25,893 nt of DNA, taken from the UHGV virus genome UHGV-1613375; one strand, given 5' to 3'. The translations under genes and the position numbers were made by a program. Shown piece after piece: positions 17,175 through 25,893 of this stretch. Each line of letters opens with the position of its first letter. The stretch's first letter is position 1. This stretch comes from a virus. The notes under the pieces were generated by a model. That model had not been told where the DNA came from, made no database searches, and saw nothing but the letters and a program-made list of their open reading frames with translations.

Positions 17175-17663
17175 ATGAAGAAAATGTTTATATTGTTGTT
17201 GGCTGCAGGACTGCCATTAAACTCCTTTGCGAAGCCAGTAACGGAAAAGCAGCTTGCTACATACTTTATAGATAACGTTAAAACTTCAGCAGATAAGAAT
17301 ATAGATCTAGATGTAGGTGGAATAAATAGACTGTCTGTAATATGCCCAGCAAAGTCGGCAAGTGGAACTCTTTTAATAAAAAAAGCATCCTACGAGTTTA
17401 ATAAAGGTATTGGTGTTTTTGATTTTGAAAATAACTCACAATCTGCACCATTGGCTTTTATTGTACCAATTAGTGAGGATGAAAATAACTTTGACTCGGA
17501 AATTATTGGTTTCTCTTTTGCATTTAAAATGCCAAGAGGGCAATTCTTTGTTGATGTTACGAAATCAGGGAAGGTAAAGGCTGGCGTAAATATTAGTGGT
17601 GAAAGCGGAATTACTTATTCATCATGTAGAATAGATACTCATAATGTTGATTATGATCTTTAA
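17175..17663 (+). CDS. Predicted secreted/periplasmic protein of unknown function (AT-rich cargo gene inside the tail module)
   Basis: SD AGGAG at 17165-17169, 5 nt before the ATG; the track's upstream start at 17142 is less likely. N-terminal signal peptide MKKMFILLLAAGLPLNSFA with probable SPase I site after SFA; two Cys in the mature part. Strongly AT-rich (by eye); followed by a strong terminator. Confidence 0.7.
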   Translation: MKKMFILLLAAGLPLNSFAKPVTEKQLATYFIDNVKTSADKNIDLDVGGINRLSVICPAKSASGTLLIKKASYEFNKGIGVFDFENNSQSAPLAFIVPISEDENNFDSEIIGFSFAFKMPRGQFFVDVTKSGKVKAGVNISGESGITYSSCRIDTHNVDYDL

Positions 17664-17676
17664 TTTTATTACCTAA

Positions 17677-17708
17677 TAAAAAACCGCGTTTACACGCGGT
17701 TTTTATTT
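17677..17708 (+). terminator. Rho-independent (bidirectional-type) terminator after the secreted-protein gene
   Basis: AAAAAA, then ACCGCG(17683-17688) / CGCGGT(17695-17700) with loop TTTACA, then TTTTATTT. Confidence 0.8.
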
Positions 17709-17719
17709 GAGGTGACACC

Positions 17720-19093
17720 ATGGATTTTTCTCATATTTCTTCGTACCTATCCTCTAATTCTCGAAGTGGCTGGCGTGAAAAGCTACTTGAAGCATCATTT
17801 CGAGGTGTGCCGTTTAAGGTTGAAGAAGAAAGTGCGGGAACCGGTCGCCGTGTGGAAACACATGAATACCCGAACCGCGACAAGCCTTATACCGAAGATC
17901 TGGGAAAAGTCACTTTCCGCCCGTCCATCACAGCTTATGTGGTGGGAGATGACTGCTTTGACCAGCGCGATCGCCTGATTGACGCGCTGAATAAACCCGG
18001 TCCCGGCACGCTTGTCCATCCGACATACGGTGAGATGAAAGTCTGTGTTGACGGGGAAGTTCGGGTCAGCACATCGAAAAGTGAAGGGCGTATTGTCCGC
18101 TTTGACCTGAAGTTTGTCGAAGCGGGAGAACTCTCTTACCCCACATCAGGTGCGGCGACGGCGCAGACGCTGATGTCATCCTGTTCTGCACTGGATGACT
18201 GCATCAGTGACAGCTTCAGCGGTTTCAGTATCGATGGCGTGGCGGATTTCGTGCAGAACGACGTTATCGGTAATGCCAGCATAATGCTGGGGTATGTTTC
18301 TGATGCGATGAAAGTGGTGGATTCTACCGTATCGGATGCCGCCAGGCTGTTGCAGGGGGATATCTCGGTACTTCTGCCGCCGCCATCGTCAGGCAAAAAT
18401 TTCGTTGAGCAGGTGCAGAAAATGTGGCGTACCGGGAAACGCCTTTATGGTAACGCCAGCGACCTGGTCACCATGATCAAAACGCTTTCCGGTGTCAGCC
18501 TCGGCAGCGATCTGCAACCGCGCGGCGTCTGGAAAACGGACAGTAAAACCACCGCCACGGCTACGCAGCAGCGTAACGTGGTTGCCAGCACCCTTCGTAC
18601 GACCGCAATCAGCGAAGCGGCGTATGCCGTCACGCGATTGCCTGCGCCAACAACTTCCGCGGTGATGCAGAATTCCGCAGTGGGGCAGGCAACAACACCC
18701 GCGCAGAGCACTGGCTGGCCTGCCGTCACGCATCCGGCACTGAACAATGCACCGGCGGTGAAAAACACGGTTGACCTGCCGACGTGGGAAGAACTGACTG
18801 ACATTCGCGACACACTGAATACGGCAATTGATAAGGAGTTGTCCCGTACAACCAGTGATGCGCTGTTTCTGGCGCTGCGCCGGGTGAAAGCAGATCTGAA
18901 TGCGGATATCAACACGCGCCTTGAACAGTCTGCACGGATCATTCAGCGCACACCGGATGAGGTTTTACCCGCGCTGGTGCTGGCGGCGACCTGGTTTGAT
19001 AACGCGGCGCGTGACGCGGACATTATCCGGCGTAATGCCATTACGCATCCCGGCTTTGTGCCGGTGATCCCTCTGAAGGTGCCAGTGCAATGA
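17720..19093 (+). CDS. DNA circulation protein (Mu gpN-like)
   Basis: N-terminal W..KLLEASFRGVPF...GRRVETHEYPNRDKPYTEDLG matches the DNA-circulation N-terminal domain signature (recalled); 457 aa, right after the tape measure. Confidence 0.8.
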   Translation: MDFSHISSYLSSNSRSGWREKLLEASFRGVPFKVEEESAGTGRRVETHEYPNRDKPYTEDLGKVTFRPSITAYVVGDDCFDQRDRLIDALNKPGPGTLVHPTYGEMKVCVDGEVRVSTSKSEGRIVRFDLKFVEAGELSYPTSGAATAQTLMSSCSALDDCISDSFSGFSIDGVADFVQNDVIGNASIMLGYVSDAMKVVDSTVSDAARLLQGDISVLLPPPSSGKNFVEQVQKMWRTGKRLYGNASDLVTMIKTLSGVSLGSDLQPRGVWKTDSKTTATATQQRNVVASTLRTTAISEAAYAVTRLPAPTTSAVMQNSAVGQATTPAQSTGWPAVTHPALNNAPAVKNTVDLPTWEELTDIRDTLNTAIDKELSRTTSDALFLALRRVKADLNADINTRLEQSARIIQRTPDEVLPALVLAATWFDNAARDADIIRRNAITHPGFVPVIPLKVPVQ

Positions 19094-20169
19094 ACGACAA
19101 TGTCACGCTACGGGTAAATGGCCGGGAGTGGAATGGCTGGACATCGGTGCGCATCGGTGCCGGTATTGAACGGCTGGCGCGGGATTTCAGTGTGGAGATC
19201 ACCCGCCAGTGGCCGGGTGATGAGGGTATCACCACGCTTCAGCCGCGCATTAAAAACGGTTCAAAAGTGGAAGTGCTGATTGGTGATGAGCTGGTGATCA
19301 CCGGCTGGGTGGAGGCGACTCCCGTTCATTACGATGCCCGTTCGGTCAGCACCGGTATTGCCGGACGTAGTCTGACGGCTGACCTGATTGACTGTGCAGC
19401 CGAACCGACACAGTTTAACGGACGCTCGCTGGTGCAGATTGCGCAGGCGCTTGCTGCGCCTTTCGGCATTGAGGTGGTGAACAGCGGTGCGCCATCGGGT
19501 GTTATTCCTGATGTTCAGCCTGATCACGGTGAAACGGTGATTGAGGTAATCAACAAAATACTCGGTCAGCAGCAGGCACTGGCTTACGACGACCCGCACG
19601 GCAGGCTGGTGATTGGCGGTATTGGCTCAACGCGGGCACATACCGCGCTGGTACTTGGGGAAAATATCCTTTCCTGTGATACGGAGAAGAGTATCCGGGA
19701 GCGGTTTTCTGTTTACCAGGTGGCGGGGCAGCGTGCCGGAAACGACGATGATTTCGGTGAGGCCACCACCACCGCGCTGCGGGCCCGCACAGAGGACGCA
19801 TTTATTGCCCGTTACCGTCCGATGTATATCAGGCAGACAGGGCAGGCTACGGGGGCAGGCTGTATTGCGCGTGCTGACTTTGAAGCCCGACAACGGGCGG
19901 CGCGGACGGATGAAACCACCTATGTGGTGCAGGGCTGGCGACAGGGTAACGGTACGCTGTGGCAGCCCAACCAGCGGGTGATTGTCTTTGATCCGGTCTG
20001 TGGTTTTGACAATACCGAACTGCTTGTCTCGGAAGTCACGTTTACTCAGGACCAGAACGGCACCCTGACGGAAATCCGTGTCGGCCCGCCTGATGCTTAT
20101 CTGCCTGAACCCGAAGACCCCGGCGCGCGGAAAAAGAAAAAAGCCAGAGTACAGGAGGACCCGTTCTGA
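19090..20169 (+). CDS. Baseplate/tail protein (Mu gpP-like)
   Basis: 359 aa; ATGA overlap with the upstream gene; position in a Mu-type baseplate cluster. Confidence 0.7.
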   Translation: MNDNVTLRVNGREWNGWTSVRIGAGIERLARDFSVEITRQWPGDEGITTLQPRIKNGSKVEVLIGDELVITGWVEATPVHYDARSVSTGIAGRSLTADLIDCAAEPTQFNGRSLVQIAQALAAPFGIEVVNSGAPSGVIPDVQPDHGETVIEVINKILGQQQALAYDDPHGRLVIGGIGSTRAHTALVLGENILSCDTEKSIRERFSVYQVAGQRAGNDDDFGEATTTALRARTEDAFIARYRPMYIRQTGQATGAGCIARADFEARQRAARTDETTYVVQGWRQGNGTLWQPNQRVIVFDPVCGFDNTELLVSEVTFTQDQNGTLTEIRVGPPDAYLPEPEDPGARKKKKARVQEDPF

Positions 20170-20717
20170 TGAGGGCGATTGAAGCCATGCAGCGACAACT
20201 ACTCGGCCTGATTGGGCGGGCCGTGGTGAAAAGCATCAGTGCCGCCACGAAATGTCAGACCGTGGATGTGTCCCTGATTGCCGGTGAACCCAAAGCCGGG
20301 GTTGAACATCTTGAACCCTACGGTTTTACCGCAAGGGCAAACAGCGGTGCGGAAGCGGTGGTGTTGTTTCCGGATGGCGACCGTTCTCATGCGGTGGTTG
20401 TTACGGTGTCGGACCGGCGCTACCGCCTGAAAGGACTGCAGACGGGTGAGGTGGCTGTCTATGACGATCAGGGGCAGTCCGTGACGCTGACCCGGGAGGG
20501 GATCGTGGTGGACGGTGCAGGTAAAACGATCACGTTTCGCAATTCACCTAAAGCACGTTTTGAAATGGACCTGGAAGTGACAGGACAGGTGAAAGACCTG
20601 TGCGACTCCGGCGGCACCACCATGTCAGCGATGCGGCTTGCCTATAACGGGCATCGTCACAGAGAGAACGGTCAGGGCAGTAACACCGACAAACCGGATA
20701 AAGCGATGGAGGCATGA
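20169..20717 (+). CDS. Baseplate assembly protein V / spike (Mu gp45-like)
   Basis: 182 aa at the expected position in the Mu-type baseplate order (N, P, V, gp46, J, gp48, fibre). Confidence 0.7.
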   Translation: MRAIEAMQRQLLGLIGRAVVKSISAATKCQTVDVSLIAGEPKAGVEHLEPYGFTARANSGAEAVVLFPDGDRSHAVVVTVSDRRYRLKGLQTGEVAVYDDQGQSVTLTREGIVVDGAGKTITFRNSPKARFEMDLEVTGQVKDLCDSGGTTMSAMRLAYNGHRHRENGQGSNTDKPDKAMEA

Positions 20718-21142
20718 TGGAACTGTGGCTGACGGTGAACGGTAAACGCACCTGCGCCAGCGCACCGCTGGATCCGCTGACCCGCGCCGTGGTGATTTCC
20801 CTGTTTACCTGGCGGCGGGCGGAGCCTGATGACAACGCCGACGTCCCGATGGGATGGTGGGGGGATACCTGGCCTGCGGTACAGAATGACCGTTACGGCT
20901 CCCGGCTGTGGCTGCTTCAGCGCAGCAAACTGACCAATCAGCTGGTGCAGACGGTAAGGGGGTATATCCGCGAATGCCTGCAATGGATGATTGATGACGG
21001 CGTGGTGTCCCGTATTGATCTGGATATCCGCCGCACCGGGATTAATGAACTGGGTAACAGTATCACTCTCTGGCGTCGTGACGGACCGGTAATGATTTCT
21101 TTTGATGATCTGTGGAGTGCGATAACGCATGGCGGACAGTGA
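20714..21142 (+). CDS. Baseplate protein (Mu gp46 / gpW-like)
   Basis: 142 aa, overlapping start, position between the V-like and J-like genes. Confidence 0.65.
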   Translation: MMELWLTVNGKRTCASAPLDPLTRAVVISLFTWRRAEPDDNADVPMGWWGDTWPAVQNDRYGSRLWLLQRSKLTNQLVQTVRGYIRECLQWMIDDGVVSRIDLDIRRTGINELGNSITLWRRDGPVMISFDDLWSAITHGGQ

Positions 21143-22187
21143 ATTTCAGCGCCCGACGCTGGCAGAAAATATCAGTATGCTCCGTAACGATTTATTCGCC
21201 AGGCTGGACGTCAGCGACACGCTCCGGCGCATGGATGAAGACGTGCGGGCAAAGGTGTATGCGGCGGCGCTGCATACGGTTTATGGGTACATCGATTATC
21301 TGGCAATGAATATGCTGCCTGACCTGTGCGATGAGTCCTGGCTGGCACGACATGCTGCGATGAAACGGTGTCCGCGCAAGGGGGCCACGGCTGCCAGCGG
21401 GTATATGCGCTGGGAAGGTGTCAGCGATGGCCTGAAGGTGACTGCCGGGAGCGTGATTCAGCGCGATGACCTGGTTCAGTACACGGCAACTGCCGATGCA
21501 ACCAGCTCCGGTGGTGTCCTGCGTGCGCCGATCACTTGCTCAACTACAGGCGCGGTCGGTAACGCTGACGACGGTACGGCATTAATCCTGGTCACGCCGG
21601 TGAATGGTCTGCCGTCTTCCGGTGTTGCAGATACCCTGACTGGCGGATTCGATACTGAAGATCTGGAAACGTGGCGCGCCCGCGTCATTGAGCGGTATTA
21701 CTGGACGCCGCAGGGCGGGGCTGACGGGGACTATGTCGTCTGGGCTAAAGAAGTGCCCGGCATTACCCGCGCATGGACATACCGTCACTGGATGGGAACG
21801 GGAACTGTCGGTGTGATGATTGCCAGCAGTGACCTGATTAATCCCATTCCGGAAGAATCAACGGAAACGGCGGCAAGACAACATATCGGGCCACTGGCCC
21901 CGGTGGCAGGCTCTGATTTATATGTATTCAGGCCGGTGGCGCATAAAGTGGATTTTCATATCCGCGTGACGCCGGACACACCGGAAATACGGGCTGCCAT
22001 CACCGCCGAGTTGCGTTCGTTCCTGCTGCGTGATGGTTATCCGCAGGGAGAACTGAAGGTGTCGCGTATCAGTGAAGCGATTTCCGGTGCGAACGGGGAA
22101 TACAGCCATCAGTTGCTTGCACCGGCAGACAATATCTCCATTGCAAAAAATGAACTGGCGGTACTGGGGACGATTTCATGGACGTGA
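21129..22187 (+). CDS. Baseplate J-like protein (Mu gp47-like)
   Basis: 352 aa, the size and position of baseplate J. Confidence 0.75.
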   Translation: MADSEFQRPTLAENISMLRNDLFARLDVSDTLRRMDEDVRAKVYAAALHTVYGYIDYLAMNMLPDLCDESWLARHAAMKRCPRKGATAASGYMRWEGVSDGLKVTAGSVIQRDDLVQYTATADATSSGGVLRAPITCSTTGAVGNADDGTALILVTPVNGLPSSGVADTLTGGFDTEDLETWRARVIERYYWTPQGGADGDYVVWAKEVPGITRAWTYRHWMGTGTVGVMIASSDLINPIPEESTETAARQHIGPLAPVAGSDLYVFRPVAHKVDFHIRVTPDTPEIRAAITAELRSFLLRDGYPQGELKVSRISEAISGANGEYSHQLLAPADNISIAKNELAVLGTISWT

Positions 22188-22762
22188 CAAACGATGATTA
22201 CATCCGTCTGTTGTCGGCACTGTTGCCCCCCGGTCCGGCGTGGTCATCCAGCGATCCAGCGATTGCCGGTGCGGCACCGTCATTAACCCGCGTTCATCAG
22301 CGTGCGGATGCCCTGATGCGGGAGCTGGATCCGCGCACCACCACTGAACTGATAAACCGCTGGGAGCGTCTGTGCGGCCTGCCGGATGAATGTATTCCGG
22401 CGGGAACGCAGACCCTTCGCCAGCGTCAGCAACGGCTGGATGCGAAGGTTAATCTGGCGGGCGGCATCAATGAGGATTTTTACCTTGCACAGCTTGCTGC
22501 CCTGGGCAGACCAGACGCCACCATCACGCGATACGACAAAAGCACGTTCACCTGCTCATCGGCCTGTACTGACGCAGTGAATGCGACGGAATGGCGGTAT
22601 TACTGGCAGGTCAACATGCCAGCCGCCACCAACACCACCTGGATGACATGTGGCGATCCCTGTGATTCCGCACTGCGTATCTGGGGCGATACCGTTGTCG
22701 AGTGCGTGCTTAACAAACTCTGCCCTTCGCATACCTACGTAATTTTCAAATATCCGGAGTAA
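22178..22762 (+). CDS. Tail protein (Mu gp48 / YmfQ, DUF2313-like)
   Basis: 194 aa with several Cys near the C-terminus, immediately upstream of the tail fibre as in e14/Mu-type tails. Confidence 0.65.
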   Translation: MDVTNDDYIRLLSALLPPGPAWSSSDPAIAGAAPSLTRVHQRADALMRELDPRTTTELINRWERLCGLPDECIPAGTQTLRQRQQRLDAKVNLAGGINEDFYLAQLAALGRPDATITRYDKSTFTCSSACTDAVNATEWRYYWQVNMPAATNTTWMTCGDPCDSALRIWGDTVVECVLNKLCPSHTYVIFKYPE

Positions 22763-22765
22763 TCC

Positions 22766-25141
22766 ATGCATCGTATAGACACGAAAACCGCGCAGAAGGA
22801 TAAGTTCGGCGCGGGTAAGAACGGTTTTACCCGTGGTAACCCCCAGACCGGCACGCCTGCCACCGATCTGGATGATGACTACTTTGACATGTTGCAGGAA
22901 GAACTTTGCAGCGTGGTGGAGGCCTCCGGTGCCAGTCTGGAGAAGGCGCGGCACGACCAGCTGCTTACCGCGCTTCGTGCGCTGCTGTTAAGCCGCAAAA
23001 ATCCGTTTGGCGATATCAAATCGGATGGCACGGTAGAACGCGCTCTTGAAAATCTGGGGTTACAGGATGTAAAAGCTGGTTCATTGAACAATCTGTACAC
23101 TAACCATTCCCGTAGTGTCTTAATGGAATTGCCGTTATTATTCCCAGACTACGATACGGTGCTGGCTGCTCAGTCTGGTGCGGAATATATGTATCCACAG
23201 GGATTTGTGGTGACAGGAGAAAAAATCTATCTGAGTTATACCGTTGAGCCAAAGCAGACACGGAACGTTATAGTTCAGTACACAACATCCGGCGAATATG
23301 AGGGATATTATTATGTCGATAATGGAGGTCGTGGCGTTGTCAGCGAAGGCCTTGTGGTGACAACGGATTACGGTGGATTACGTTTGTTCATGTCAGGAGA
23401 AAATGGATTACTGAAACAGTTTTCGCTTGATGGGGCAATTTCTGGTTCAGTATTGCCGTTAATTGATGAACATGATGTCGGTGTTTACAACCAGTTCAGC
23501 TATCGTAAAAACCGCTGGGTGGTTGAACAGTCAGCGCCGGAAGTGGGAGGCCTGATCACCCGCACAGTATTTGCGGTGTATGATTTTCAGTTTCGTCGGA
23601 CAGGGACATTCACATTACCGTTGCATGATTCCGGATATATCACGGAAAGCACAGACAGCTATGCAAGACGCTTCACAAAACGTCAGGGAATTGCTGTGGG
23701 AGACGATTATATTGCCTGTTCTTATGGTGGCTATTTTAATACCGGGGCATCAGCCGGATTTAACCAGTTTCAGGGGGTTAAGGTCTTTTCTCCGGATGGA
23801 GTAAAGCAGCAGGAATCCATTCTTCATCCCCAAAAAATGATAGATGTGCTTACCAGGCAGGGTTTTACACCTTCGCGCATTGAGAACGAAGGAATTTGTA
23901 TTTCTGACGACGGCGGCAGTATATATTCGCTTTATATCTTTCTGGAGCGTGGGTTACCACAGGCTTATCAGAAAGGAATTGTTCTGATGAAAGAGTTCAG
24001 TACTGGCAGAGATGCTATTGATTTTCGTCAGGCAGCCTGGTTGTACACGGGGTTTGATGTGTCTCATGCCAGTATTGGAACATTTCCCCGTAGTGCCCAG
24101 GGGTTGGTAAACCCGGTGTTGGGGACGGTATTCACATCCCTGTCTGAAATTCTGGCATATATGCGTTCTGTGAGTCAGAAATGGTTTTGTCTGCATACAA
24201 CCACGACACCGATTAAAGATCTGAGTGGAAATGACATTCCTGCTGACAATTATGTGTTCATCAAGAATGCTAATAACCAGACATTCTATATAACGCAGGA
24301 GTCAGCTGAAGGTGGAATAAAATATAAAGCTGTCACTACAGACAGCGGAGAATATGGTTTTCAGCGACAAAGAGAGGCAATCTGGTCCAATGTTATCACC
24401 ATCGCACAAAAGAGCGATGGTGAGGATCAGTTTAATCGTATTATCGCTGCCTCGAAAAGTGGTTCAGGTAAAAATCAGGATAAAATACTGGTAGTTGACC
24501 AACAGGCATCAGAGGGGAATAACACGCTGGTAATTGGCGGTGGTTCATCTGTGTTCAGGTCAGCGACAGTGATTGATTTTGCAACGAATCAGGATGCAAA
24601 TGCCACAGGAGGAGAAAAGAGATGGCGCATAGATTCATCAGGAAATCTCCGCCCTTATACAGATAATACGTATTCGATCGGTTATGCCTCATGGCGACCC
24701 GCACAGGTTTATTCAGCTACGGGAAGTATCAGTACATCAGACCGGACTCATAAACAGGACGAAACAATTCTGTCGGATGCAGAAAAAAGGGTTGCCAGAA
24801 AGCTGCTCGGGTATATCTGTCGGTTCCGTTTCAGAGATGCAGTGTCCAGCAAAGGGAACGCAGCCAGATGGCATGTAGGAGTGATTGCTCAGGACGTACA
24901 GAAGGTCTTCTCTGAGGAAGGGCTGGACGCTTTTGATTACGGTATTTTGTGTCGTGATGAATATCCGGCGGAATATGAAGTGGTTTACGGGACTCGTATG
25001 GAGCTTGGTCCTGACGGACTCCTTACAATGGAAGAATACGATACCGGAGAGCGCAAGCTGGTCAGGGAGGCTGGTGAAATAATGTCTGTAAGGAATGATG
25101 AGCTGCATTATTTCATGCTGGCATCGCTGTCTGGCCAGTGA
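22766..25141 (+). CDS. Tail fibre with conserved N-terminal attachment region, AT-rich variable distal region and C-terminal intramolecular chaperone (peptidase S74-like) domain
   Basis: 791 aa, last structural gene. GC falls sharply after roughly aa 100 (by eye). C-terminal ~135 aa (nt ~24737-25138) carries SDRTHK...[16 protein letters not shown]...[10 protein letters not shown], which resembles the self-cleaving chaperone domain of endosialidase/T5 L-shaped fibres (recalled). Confidence 0.85.
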   Translation: MHRIDTKTAQKDKFGAGKNGFTRGNPQTGTPATDLDDDYFDMLQEELCSVVEASGASLEKARHDQLLTALRALLLSRKNPFGDIKSDGTVERALENLGLQDVKAGSLNNLYTNHSRSVLMELPLLFPDYDTVLAAQSGAEYMYPQGFVVTGEKIYLSYTVEPKQTRNVIVQYTTSGEYEGYYYVDNGGRGVVSEGLVVTTDYGGLRLFMSGENGLLKQFSLDGAISGSVLPLIDEHDVGVYNQFSYRKNRWVVEQSAPEVGGLITRTVFAVYDFQFRRTGTFTLPLHDSGYITESTDSYARRFTKRQGIAVGDDYIACSYGGYFNTGASAGFNQFQGVKVFSPDGVKQQESILHPQKMIDVLTRQGFTPSRIENEGICISDDGGSIYSLYIFLERGLPQAYQKGIVLMKEFSTGRDAIDFRQAAWLYTGFDVSHASIGTFPRSAQGLVNPVLGTVFTSLSEILAYMRSVSQKWFCLHTTTTPIKDLSGNDIPADNYVFIKNANNQTFYITQESAEGGIKYKAVTTDSGEYGFQRQREAIWSNVITIAQKSDGEDQFNRIIAASKSGSGKNQDKILVVDQQASEGNNTLVIGGGSSVFRSATVIDFATNQDANATGGEKRWRIDSSGNLRPYTDNTYSIGYASWRPAQVYSATGSISTSDRTHKQDETILSDAEKRVARKLLGYICRFRFRDAVSSKGNAARWHVGVIAQDVQKVFSEEGLDAFDYGILCRDEYPAEYEVVYGTRMELGPDGLLTMEEYDTGERKLVREAGEIMSVRNDELHYFMLASLSGQ

Positions 25142-25152
25142 ATAATATTAAT

Positions 25153-25177
25153 GTAAGGAGCGATATAAGCTCCTTAC
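25153..25177 (+). terminator. Perfect 9-bp inverted repeat after the tail fibre gene (putative terminator or stabilising hairpin)
   Basis: GTAAGGAGC(25153-25161) / GCTCCTTAC(25169-25177) with 7-nt loop; only a scattered T-tract follows (CATTTTATG). Confidence 0.4.
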
Positions 25178-25834
25178 ATCATGCATTTTATGCTGCGATT
25201 ATGCGTTCTCCTGTTGTTTGTTGCTGAGAGTGAAACACCGGAAACATACTGGTGGATTGAAATGTTCTGTGTGGCAGCGTATGAATATGTCGTGGTAGGG
25301 TGGATAAAAAATGCCCGTGATGATCCGGGCAACATAGCAGTATGCATTTTTCTATTGTGAACTGATGCATTATACAAGTAATGCTGTTATTGAGGAAAGT
25401 TTAAAGAAGCGGCTCTTCTCCGCCTGTAAAGTTTGGTCATTATTGCTTTATATATAAGTTCCACCAGTAGGCGATCATCTATGATGTTGGCATATCGACT
25501 TTGTATAAGAGGTTTCCGGTCGGAGATAAATGAAACCGTAGCACGTCGTATGCAAGAACGTGCCACGGCTGGCTGGCGAACTTTCGATAGTGCGAGTATT
25601 GAATGATTTCCAGCTGTTACTGATTTTATATAACTGCAGTGGAATTATTCAACACACAGGCAAAACGGAATAAGCTGAGAAAAAAAAGCGTGCTTTCCCA
25701 ATCTGGGGTAAATCACATCTGAATGACACCTGAAAACAGGTGGTGGCCTCAAGAAGGCTTGGAATATTCTTCTTTAATGTTATGTAATTTATTGATTGAG
25801 CCTGTTCAGGATTCTGTGTAAATACCTTTTCTCA

Positions 25835-25893
25835 GAAGTGGCCGTCCAGGCGGTCACCGAACTCGATAATAAAGCGGCTCATTGCCATACGCC
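25835..25893 (-). CDS. 3' end of a minus-strand ORF entering from beyond the window
   Basis: Reverse complement of the last ~60 nt reads ...RMAMSRFIIEFGDRLDGHF then stop (TGA complementary to 25832-25834). Only ~19 codons are in the window; identity unknown. Confidence 0.2.

Larger units (their letters stand above)
1..25141 (+). mobile_element. Prophage late region: lambdoid Q/lysis cassette, HK97-type head, Mu/e14-type contractile tail; all genes co-oriented
   Basis: Uninterrupted same-strand order Q, holin, R, Rz/Rz1, HNH, TerS, TerL, portal, protease, capsid, connector proteins, sheath, tube, chaperone, tape measure, baseplate genes, tail fibre. Start/stop overlaps (ATGA, TAATG, GTGA) are typical of phage operons. 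Confidence 0.9.

Noticed and set aside
18389-18942. Two minus-strand ORFs (114 and 165 aa) inside the DNA-circulation gene
   Set aside because: Antisense to a gene with a recognisable N-terminal signature; Arg/Cys-rich products typical of spurious frames in GC-rich DNA.
25174-25377. Two overlapping minus-strand ORFs (67 and 60 aa) in the AT-rich right end
   Set aside because: They overlap each other in different frames, lack SD sequences and have low-complexity His/Thr-rich products; most likely chance ORFs in AT-rich DNA.
1-25893. CRISPR arrays, tRNA/rRNA genes, IS elements and integrase
   Set aside because: No regularly spaced direct repeats, no tRNA-like cloverleaf candidate (including the Q-to-holin gap, where some lambdoid phages carry tRNAs), and no transposase- or integrase-like ORF were found by eye; the integrase presumably lies upstream of the window.

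Overview
The window reads as one co-oriented (+ strand) prophage late region from an enterobacterial-type genome. It runs from the end of the early/nin region (a DUF968/YdfU-like protein and a Q-like antiterminator), through a lambda-type lysis cassette (holin, R, Rz with embedded Rz1), an HNH endonuclease with P27-type small and large terminase, an HK97-type head module, and a Mu/e14-type contractile tail ending in a 791-aa tail fibre. Three visibly AT-rich single-gene cargo insertions (morons) interrupt this backbone, each bracketed by hairpins or terminators: a 463-aa Orc1/Cdc6-like P-loop NTPase between Q and the holin, a 202-aa protein with no recognisable motifs between Rz and HNH, and a ~162-aa signal-peptide protein between the tape measure and the DNA-circulation gene. 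The NTPase locus is the strongest candidate for an undescribed accessory or anti-phage function. Other points of interest are a probable -1 frameshift site (TTTTTTT) in the tail chaperone, a self-cleaving chaperone domain at the fibre C-terminus with no separate assembly gene, a cos-like GC-rich element upstream of terS, and an AT-rich, apparently non-coding right end. No rRNA, tRNA, CRISPR array or IS element was recognised. All calls rest on reading the sequence and the ORF track plus recalled family features; no database search or computation was run, and composition statements are by-eye estimates.
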